Assembly (NCBI GenBank): GCA_963709585.1
Contig: CAVPXI010000007.1
Span: 192,001 to 256,000 of the forward strand
Source: Candidatus Dormiibacterota bacterium
GTDB taxonomy: Bacteria; Chloroflexota; Dormibacteria; Aeolococcales; Aeolococcaceae
Reading direction: 5' to 3'
DNA: 64,000 bases
The notes under the pieces are model-generated. The model ran no database searches. It saw only the letters and a list, made by a program, of their open reading frames with translations, and was not told where the DNA came from. A program made the position numbers and the translations under genes. Positions 29,727-40,100 of the stretch are shown one piece after another (positions within the stretch are counted from its first letter, which is position 1; the number at the start of each line of letters is the position of its first letter).

Positions 29727-32058
29727 TCAGGCAACCGCTGTGTCGGACTGCGTGCCAGCTTCGAACCCAGACGGTGAGAGGGCAAGGTCCTGTGCGGACA
29801 TCGGCTGGCCGATAAAGTAGCCTTGCGCTAGATCGCATCCAATCGCGGTGAGGAGGTTGAGTGCGTCAAGGTCCTCAATGCCCTCCGCAACCACGCGCAT
29901 GTTCAACTTGTGGCCCAGGGCGATGGTCGCTCGAACCAGGGCCAGATTTCGCTCCGTGTCCCCAGTGGCCAACCGTGTCAGGAAACTGCGGTCGAGCTTC
30001 AATTCGCTAACGGCCAGACTGCCCAGGTAGGCGAGCGACGTGACTCCGGCACCGAAGTCGTCGATCGAGACACCCAATCCGAGGTTCCGCAGCTGCTCAA
30101 TGACGACCTTACAGAGGTCGAAGTCTCTGATGATGGTGGTCTCGGTAATCTCGAGGATTAGTGACGAGGGAGCCATCTCATGGCGCGCGAGAGTGGCGAT
30201 CACGGACTCGCTGAATCCAGCATCGAGCAGGTTTGTCGCCGAAACATTGACGGAGATGGTCAACATCTCACCGGCGGCGTGCCAGGCAGCACATTGTTGA
30301 ACTGCCCGCTCAAGGACGAACGCGGTCAGCGATTGCATGAGCCCGGCTTCCTCGGCGAGAGGAATGAAGTCGAGTGGCGGGATGAGTCCCAGTCGCGGAT
30401 GCGGCCAGCGCACCAATGCTTCCATCGCTGACATCTTTCCGGTGATCAGATCGATCTGCGGCTGGTAGTGCACCTCAAGGTGACCACGGAGAATGGCTTC
30501 GCGCAACTCATCCACGAGGCGCAACCGGTTGCCGTCTTCATCGACGTCGTGCCGGTACACCTCGTAGGTCGATGGGCCGACCTTGGCGCGATACATGGCG
30601 AGATCAGCGCAACGTAGCAGTTCAATGCTATCGGTCGCATCTGTGGGTGCAGTGGCGATGCCGATGCTGGCACCGACGCGAACATTGAGCCGGTCGAGCT
30701 CAAAGGGCTGGTCAAGCTCGGCGATGAGGCGCTGTGCGACCGCCGCAGCATATTCGGAGTCGGTGTCCATGATGAGCACCGCCAATTCATCGCCACCAAC
30801 CCGCACCAGGACATCTGAATCGCGCAGGCGACTGATCAGGCGCGGACCCAGCTGCCTGAGGACTTCGTCGCCGGCTGAGTGCCCGAATGAATCATTGATT
30901 TCTTTGAAATGGTCCAGGTCGACATAGAGCAGGGACAAGCAGGCGGTCAACTGTGTCGGGGTTGGCGTAGTCGGCGAAGAAGGCGTCGAGAAGATTGAAA
31001 AGCTGCCTACGATTGCCCAATCCAGTCAACTCATCAGTAATCGCCTGACGGTGGCGCTTCTCGGTCAGGATTCTCAGCCCGCGCACAGAGAGCGCCAGTC
31101 GAACCCCGACTGCGATCAAGGTCGCTGTGGCAAGTCCAATGGCGACCGGGGTGACCTGCTGATGCAGCGTGTCGACCAACAGTATGGACAGGCCAGCGCA
31201 TGCACCGAGACCCGGGAGCAGAAATCCAGCGGTCCCACTGGTCGCCAATGGGCTGGTTCGCAGGGGACGCACCCAAACTGCACTCGAGATGAGCAAGATC
31301 GCGCATGGCCAGGCGATTCCATTGAGGATCGTCCCTACATGCGACGTCGATCCCGAGCTCGCAAAGAGATTGAAGGTATCGCCGATCGCGGTCAGGCTGA
31401 TGGCGCCGGCAAGCAGCAGCCACTGTGGATTCTTTCGTCCCGGCATGATCGCCGTGCCTCCGACCGCGAGCATGAGCAGTAGACCGTCACCGATCGGATA
31501 CGCAAGATCGGTCGCGACGGTTGTGGCGTTGCCGCCGACGGAATGGAGGATCGTGTTGAAGGCGAAGCAGGCGCACAATGCGGCGGCGCCCAGGCCTGCC
31601 ACAGCCCCGTCGAGCCATGTTGTTAGTCCCATTCGGTTGAGATGCTTGCGCGTGAGCAGTACCAGCGCGACGTATATCAGGGGGTAGAACCCCAACCAGA
31701 ACAGATCGGCGAGTGACGGAACAGGAGGTGTGCCTCCCCCCGCTGACTCAGCTGTAAGGACCGTGTCCCCGATGCTCCAAGAAAGTATCCCGAAACCCAG
31801 CATGAGCGGGACGATTCGGCGACGGGAGCTGAGCGCGCGACCGATACATAGTGCGCTCGCCGCTACCTCGAAGGCGGCGACGCCCCAGCCATCGACAAGT
31901 GTCACCGACTGATTGGGTCCCCTCAGAATCAGCGAGACGAAATAGACGAAGAGCAGTACCCCTAACGCGGCGTAGAGGCCGAGCACCCAACGCGGGACGC
32001 GACCAGCGGACGCGGCAATGCTTGCAGCTCGAAGCCGAGGATGCGCAGCGGACACCAC
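29727..32058 (-). CDS. Membrane-anchored GGDE(L)-EAL protein with a frameshift near 30940
   Basis: Multi-TM N-terminus and DELTGLGNRR, then a second frame with GGDEL, MEALVRW and DDFG. Confidence 0.85.
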
Positions 32059-32419
32059 AGCAGAGTAGGCCAGCCCCTCTGTCGTCGCGCAAACACTCGG
32101 TGGTCCATCGGTAACAGAACCGGTACGAACCGATGGTTACCCAGGTTAGATGTAGTGCCAAATTTACCGGTTTGTTTATGCCGCCGAAAGTGATCACCGG
32201 ATTCGTGTTTTGCGGTTGACCGGAGGGTGAGCCGGTACCCAGAGCGCATTGGCGACTGCCTTGCACGCGTTCATTCTTTCGATCGAGTCATCGAACGCTG
32301 TGGCCCCACATTGTAGGTCGAGACGATGACCGTCTCGTGAAAACAAACGCGGCGGTCGTCACGTCAGGACTTGACTGGTTGCAACCCCCAGGTGGCATCG
32401 GATGGGGTCGTGAGCGCGG

Positions 32420-35400
32420 TTACTGGAACCAGCCGTCGACGTCGAGGGCGGCGTCGATGCTGCCCGCGGCGTTGAAGAGGTCGATGTCACCGAGATTCGC
32501 GCCTGACGCCAGGCCCACCACCACCAGGTTGGGCACGGCGATGCCCGGGCGCACGTTGAGGTCCGAGGCGTTCGGCTTCGGGCTCATGCCGGCCGGATAG
32601 ACCGTGAGGTAGGTCATCTGGCTCCCGCTCACCGCGGTCAGCGTGGCGATGATCGCCACCGAGCCGCTCCCCGGGATCCCGCCCACGCCGGCAACGGCCA
32701 CGAGCAGGGTGCCGCCGGAGGTCAGTTGGTGCCCCGAGCACAGCGTGCCGGTTCCGCTCCGCGTGTCGCAGATCCGGGTCGGCCCGATCGCCTGATACTG
32801 CGCGCCGGTCGGCGGGGTCCCTGAGCTCGAACCGAACCAACCGCCGGCATCCAGGACGACGTTGATGGTCCCGGCAGCGTTATACACGCACACATCGGTG
32901 CTCGGCCCACCGCCGTGACCAGGGCCGAGCGGCACCATCACGCGATTGGCCAGGACCGCGCCGGCGGAGACATTGATGGTCGACGAGCCAGGAAAGCTGG
33001 TCAGGCAGGTGCCGTTGCTCTCGGTTGGAACGACGCTCAGCCACGTCGCTTGGCTGCCCGCCACCGCGGTCAGATTGAGCACCGCCGCTCCTGCGCTGCC
33101 ATTGGTTGGGATGCTCGCCGGCGAGCCGCTCACCCCGCTCGGGATGCCGCTCACGTTCACCCGCATGACCTGACCGGGACCCAGCCTATTGTCCGTGCTG
33201 TGCCCGAGGTTGCAGCCGTTGGCCGGCTGTCCAGCCCGGGTGTCGCAGACCCGCAGCGGCGCGATTGCGTGGAACTCCCCCGCCGGATTGCTCGACGCCT
33301 GGGGCACGAAGTACCCCTCGACATCAACCACGGCATTGAGCGTGCCCATCGCGTTGTAAATGTTGACTTCACGTTGGGCGTCGGAGACGTCGGTCTGGCC
33401 AAGCGCCACCGTGACGAGATTGGCGACGTTCACATGGGCGTTGAAGTTGAGGTTCGACGCGAGCGGACGTCCGGTACCGCTGGGGTAAACGGTGAGCAAG
33501 CTCGACGACGAGCCGTTCACCGCCAGAACGTTGAGCACCACCGCCGTCGCGTTGGTGGGGACCGACCCACCGGTGCGCGCATCGGTGTACCCGGTGACCT
33601 GGAGGCTGAGCGTCTGTCCAGTGCCGAGCGAGCCACACGTGTGGATCCCGCAGAGCCCCGAGCGCGTATCCAGGACCCGGAACGGGGTCAGCGGGATGTA
33701 GCTGCCGAGCCCGCTGTAGATGTACCCGGCGGCTGCGGTGAGCGCGCTCGCTCCCGCGACAGCGGTCACCCGAACCTGGTCGTACCCGGCGGTCTGTGCC
33801 GGCGTGGTGAAGCTGAACGAGGTGGCGGTCACCCCCGACGGGGTCACCGCAGTACCGCCGATGGTCGCGGTCATGCCGGCGACAAACCCGCTGCCCGCCA
33901 CCGTGACCACCTGGCCGCCGCTCACCGGCCCAGCCGACGGGGTCACCGCGCTGATCGTCGGCAGACGGCCGTACGTATAGTCGTCTGCCGACGTGAGCGC
34001 ACTCGCACCGATCAGGGTGGTCACCTGGACCTGGGCCGTCCCGGACGGTTCCGCCGGAGTGGTGAAAGTGAACGAGGTGGCAGAAACTCCCGAGGTCGTC
34101 ACTGCGGTGCCGCCGATGGTCGCGGTCATCCCCGCCGTAAACCCAGTCCCGCCGACCGTGACCGTCTGGTCGCCGGTCAACAGGCCTCCCGGCGGGGACA
34201 CCAAGCTGATCACCGGCAGGCTCCCGTACGTGTACTCGTCCGCCGCCGTGAGCGCGCTCGAACCGAATAGCGTTGTCACCTGGATGTCGACCTGCCCTGC
34301 GCCCTCCGCCGTGGTCGTGAAGGTGAACGACGTCGGCGTCACGGCCGCTGGCGTCACCGCGACCCCACCGACGGTCACCGTCATCCCCGCCTCAAACCCA
34401 CTCCCGGTCACGGTCACCACCTGACCGCCGCTCACCGCCAGGCGTCCGGCGTCACCGACCCCGTTGTCGGCCCGTTGCCATAGCTGTAGTCGTCCGCAGA
34501 GGTGAGAACGCTTGCCCCGTCCACGGTCGTTACCTGAAGCTGCACGAGGCCTGCCGGCGCGGCTGGAGTGGTGAAGGTGAACGAGGTGGCAGTCACGCCA
34601 GAGGGCGTGATCGCCGCACCACCGAGGGTCGCGGTCATTCCGGCTTCAAACCGAGTCCCCGCAACCGTCACCGTCTGGCCGCCACTCACGGGGCCCTCGG
34701 CGGGGGTCACCGACGCGATACCTGGCAGGTCGCCATAGGTGTAGTCGTCAGCCGCCGTGAAGCCACTCGCTCCGGCCCAGGTCGTCACCTGGACCTGGGC
34801 GATGCCTGCCGACTGTGGCGGAACTCGTGAATGTGAACGAAGTGGCAGAAACTGCCGAGGGCGTGACTGCGACGCCCCCAAGGGTCGCGGTCATCCCCGT
34901 CTCAAACGCGGTCCCCGTTACCGTGACCGCCTGGCCTCCAGCCACGGGGCCCTCCGACGGGGCAACGGAGTCGATGACCGGCGGATCACCGTAGGCGTAA
35001 GCGGACGCCGGCGTGGGCGTGCTCCTACCCTCGGAGGTTGTGACCTCCACTTGGTCGCTGCCAGCGGGCTCGGCTGGAGTCGAAAACGTAAACGATGTGG
35101 CAGAAACCCCTGAGGGTGTAATTGGGTTGCCCCCGATCGTTGCAGTCATTCCAAGTTCGAAGCCGGTTCCAGCGACCGTAACAACCTGTCCGCCACTCAC
35201 CGGGCCCTCAGCCGGGGTCAGTGAACTGATGACCGCCGGCCCGCCGCCAAATGCCGTGATCCCGTTCGGCGTGCCCAGCCCAGTCGGGCCGTCCCAGCCG
35301 ATCCCAGCGGTGCACAAGGCATTTCCTCCGCAAAACGCCCCAGACGACTGCCAGTTCGCATTTGAACCGCTCGTAACATCATTCAATCCCCCCGTGTCGC

Positions 35401-36532
35401 CATACAGGTAGGCAGCCGTCGTCGCCGACGCAGTGCCTGCCAGTGCCAATACCGAAGCGATGATCGGCGAGGCCGCACTCGTGCCGCCGTAGACCCCCCA
35501 CGCGGATGAGCCATTGCTGTCGTACACCGCCACTCCGGTGGTGGGATCGGCCACGGCCGAGACGTCAGCTACGGCTCGCATGGTGCAGCCGGTACCGCTG
35601 ATGTTGGCGTTCGCCGCCTGCCAGGCGGGCTCGTTCTCGTACGCGCTGCACCCGCTTCCGGTCGCGCCAGAGAAGTCGTTCCAGACACTCTCGCTCCACC
35701 CTCGGCTGTTGCTCGCACAACTCAGCGACGTGCCCCCAACAGCAATCACGGACGGCGACGAGGCCGGGTACAGGAGACCGTAGCCGTAGTCGCCAGCTGC
35801 CACCGTGACGGCAATGCCGGGATGAGTGAAGTAGGGGTCGTATGACGGCGCATAGGACCCCTCCGGACCGCCCCAGCTGTTGCTGATGGCAAAGACCCCC
35901 AGCGCTGCCGCCTCGTTGACCCCTAGCCCCAGATCGTACATCGAGTTACTGCTCGCCTCCACCAGCAGGATGTGGCAGTGAGGGCAGATCGCCGACACCA
36001 TGTCCACGTCGAGACTGATCTCCACCGACCAACCTGGGTCAAAGATGGGGTAGGTCGAACCGCCCGTCTCGTTTACTTTTCTGAAGCAGCCGTTGGCCGT
36101 CGTACAGGGGGGGAGCCCGAACTCAGTCCGATAGGCTGCGAGATCAGACTCCGCCCTGGGGTCGTCGTAGGCATCGACGATGGCCACAGTCTGCCCGCTG
36201 CCGGCGACGCTCGAGGGTAGATTGTAGGCACTCTGCAAGTCGGTTGGACCAAAACCACTGGGAGTCGTCCCGGTTAACGCCTGAGCTCCCTTCGCGTTCA
36301 CGACCTGGAGCGACAAGCAGCGAGCGAAACCCGCTGGCACCGAGCCGCACACCGCGTGAATGGACTCACCCCCTGCGGCGTCCGCGACGCTTGTTGTGGT
36401 CGGACCCCACGTGATCGCCGCCGACAAGAAGCTGGCGAGTAAGGAGACGCAGAGGATACGTCGGCCACGCGGTTCGCGATGGGTTCGGATGGAAAACACC
36501 TTCCTGACGTTCAGAGTTCTATCTACGTTCAC
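32420..36532 (-). CDS. Secreted S53 (sedolisin-like) protease + 6 IPT/TIG repeats + 3 C-terminal PxRxxDTR repeats; two frameshifts (about 34825 and 34438)
   Basis: EISLDVD, SNSWGG, AAGDYG, GGTSAASP; repeated PxIxSVxPxxGPxxGGQxVTVxG units. Confidence 0.85.
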
Positions 36533-37163
36533 ATCCTTGGCGATGCGTTGTGCCTAACGCCCCCACATCCGGTTACTAAAGGTGGCGAAGCGAGGTACGA
36601 ACAACCCGAGATTTGCAGCCGCTTCAGAACTCCCACCCGTGCCCGTAGAGCAGATGAGCTATTGAGCGTCGAGAAGAAGCTCTCCGCGGCGACGTCGTCC
36701 CAGCCGTTGCTCTTTCAGCCCGGCACCTTCGACGGTTGCCGTCCGAGAGGACCTCACCAATGACGGCCGGGTGATGCGCCAAGGCCGACGTCGATACCCG
36801 ATCGAGCCGACCCGCTTCAGAGGGTTGTCGCGTGAGTGTGACGAGCGCCTCTGGCAAATGCGAATGCCCTGGCGAGCTATGGCGATGTTGGGCACAAGTC
36901 ACGCACGGTCGCTCAGTGGTCACGAAAGTTCAAACGATGAGATACCTGGCACTCCAAAGGTCAGGGACGGAGAGATTCTGTGACCAGTCAGATGAAACCG
37001 AGATTGAAAGGGGACGCGCACATGGCTCCCGAACGCGCCGCCTCGACCCTGAACCCAGGAGGCGGTTTGCGGGAGTTGACCCGTTTCTTCGCGCACGTCT
37101 CGACGTTCCGAATCCACGACAAGTCGACCGCGCTGCGGGTCGTCTGAACCCGAGCGCAGCGTC

Positions 37164-40100
37164 ATGGAGGGGAGGGTCACGCCGGGGTCGACCGCATTGA
37201 GCGGAAGTCGGGTCAGATCTGTGAGCGCGACGCGTCATCGCGGCACGAGGGTCGTTCGCCAGGTCGGCGCGGCTCTCACCGCCGGGGCGCTCTCGCTGTT
37301 CTCGGGCGGGATCATCGGCCACGCCCTCTCGGCCTCGACCACGACGCTGACCTCAGGCACCAATCCATCCGTCTGGGGGCAGTCGGTCCTCTTCACCGCG
37401 ACGATCACCCCGGTCGCACCGGCGCCAACTGGGACAGTCACCTTCCAGGATGGTGGGACCAACATTGCCGGCTGCGTCAGCAGGGCGATCGCGGCTCGGG
37501 TTGCCACCTGCACGACCGCCGCCCTGGCGGTCGGATCGCACAGCGTCACCGCCGTCTACAGCGGCAACCCGACTTACGCAACCAGCACCTCAGCCCCTGT
37601 CACACAGATGGTCACGGTGGGATCCACAACGACGGTCGTCGCCGCATCCGTCAATCCGTCGGTGAGCGGGCAGACAGTGACGTACACCGCCACGGTCAGC
37701 TCGGTCGCGCCCGCCTCTGGGACACGTACCGGGACCGTGGCGTTTCAGGATGGCGGCGTCGTCATCGCCAGCTGCGCTGCCAAGGCTGTGGCGGTCAACG
37801 GCACGGCCACGTGCGCAATCGCTTACACAGGACCGGGGACGCACACCATCACCGCGATTTACAGTGGTGACGCCAATTTCACCACTTCGACAGCGTCAGC
37901 CATCACCCAGACTGTCAACCTCGGCCCGACCGCGGTCGCGTTGAGTTCGTCGGCCAACCCCTCGAGCACCGGGGCGAACGTGACGTTCACGGCCAACGTC
38001 ACGGCCACGGCACCCGCCTCGGGGGCGCGGACGGGGACCGTCGACTTTCAGGTTGGCGGCGTCAACATCGCGGGCTGCAGCGCGCAGGTCGTGCCGGCCT
38101 CGGGGAAGGCCACATGCGTCACGAACACTCTGACCGTCGGCGCGAACACGATCACGGCCATCTACAGCGGTGATGCCAACTTCGCGGCGAGCACATCGGC
38201 GCCCTTCCCGCAGACGGTCAACAAGGGCGCGACCACGACCAAAGTCGTGTCGTCGCTGAATCCATCGAGCACCGGTGTCACCGTAACCTTCACCGCGACC
38301 GTCACTGCGGTCGCCCCCGCATCGGGGACGCGCACGGGCACCGTCGCGTTCGAGGATGGCGGCATCGCCATCGCCGGCTGCGCGGGTCAGGTCATCGGAG
38401 CCGCAGGTACCGCGACCTGCGCGACCAACGCGCTCGCGGCCGGCGTACACACCATCACCGCGGTCTACAGCGGCGACGGCAACTTCACCACCAGTACGTC
38501 AGCGCCGCTCACACAGACCGTGCTCAGCGCGACGACGACAACAGTCACCTCCAGTGCGAACCCGTCGTTCTTCGGTCAGAGCGTTCAGTACACCGCGAGC
38601 GTCGCCGGCGGTCCGACGGTGACCGGCACGATCACGTTCCGCGACGGTGGCGCCAACATCGCCGGTTGCGTCGCTGTGGTGATGGCCGCCGGCTCCGCGT
38701 CGTGCACCGTGTCGCCGACCGTGGCGTCGCACGCGATCACCGCGGTCTACAGCGGCGACGCAAGCAACTCTGCGAGCACCTCTGCGGCAATGACCCAGGT
38801 CGTGACCGCCGACCCGACCACCACGGTGGTTACGGCGACGGTGAACCCGACGGTATTCGGCCAGTCGGTGACCTTCACTGCAACCGTGACCGCCAACGCT
38901 CCCGGATCGGGCACACCGACCGGCAAGGTGGCATTCGACAACGGCGCAGCCGCCATTGCGGGGTGCGGTGGGGTCACGTTGGTCGCCGGTGTCGCCACCT
39001 GCACCACTAACGCGCTGACGGTGGGTGTGCACTCGGTCACCGGCCACTACAACGGCAGTGCGAACTATGTGACCGGCACATCACCCGTCCTGACGGAAAC
39101 GGTGAACCAGGGGTCGACCACGACGATCGTCGGATCGTCGCTGAACCCGTCGGTGTCCGGTCAGTCGGTGACCTACACGGCGACGGTCACAGTGGTCGCG
39201 CCCGCAGCGGGCACAGCCACCGGCACGGTCGACTTCGAGGACGATGGCGTCGCCATCGCGGGGTGCGCCGCGAAGGTATTGACTGCCGCCGGGACCGCCA
39301 CCTGTTCGTTCACGTATCCCGGAACCGGGACGCACTCGATCACGGAGATCTATTCCGGTAACCCCGATTTCGCAGGCTCGATATCGCCCACGTTGACGCA
39401 GGCCGTCAACCAGGCGTTGACGTCGACTGCTGTCGCATCGTCGGTGAACCCGTCGGTCGCCGGACAGCCACTGACCATGACCGCGTCTGTGAGTGTGATC
39501 GCCCCAGGAAACGGGACGCCAACGGGGACCGTGATGTTCCAGGATGGCGGGGTCACGATCACGGGCTGCGCCGCGCAGGCCGTATCGGCCGCGGGCACCG
39601 CCGTGTGTGCGGCGTCGTTGGCCGCCGCTGGTGGGCACCCGATCACGGCTGTGTACGGCGGCGATTCCAACTTCAGCGGCTCGACGTCGCCGATTCTCAT
39701 CGAGACGGTCACCCAGGGCGCGACCGCAACGGTGGTGACCTCGTCGGTGGATCCATCGGTATCCGGTCAGACCTTGATCTACACGGCGATTGTCACCGCA
39801 ACCGCGCCGGCTGCTGGGACCCCGACTGGAACGGTGACGTTCATGGACGGTGCCACCACCGTCAGCGGCTGCGTAGCGCAACCGATGGTCGGCGGCGTCG
39901 CGCCCTGCACCAGCATGTACGCCGGAGTGGGGGGGCATGCGATCACCGCCGTCTACAACGGTGATGGCAACTTCACGAGCTCGACGTCTCCCATCCTCAC
40001 GCAGACCGTCAACCAGGGAGCGACCTCCACCCTGGTGACCTCGTCAGCGGACCCCTCGGTGTCCGGTCAGGACGTCACCTACACCGCGACCGTCACCGCT

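Noticed and set aside
29700-32400. Visibly more AT-rich stretch (also 59.5-60.9 kb) as a horizontally acquired island
   Set aside because: Judged by eye only, with no mobility genes or att sites; GC and codon statistics would be needed.
36533-37163. c-di-GMP or c-di-AMP riboswitch in the long intergenic region
   Set aside because: Only a short GAAA..GGGACGC resemblance with no convincing stems by eye; an Rfam/Infernal scan would be needed to exclude it.
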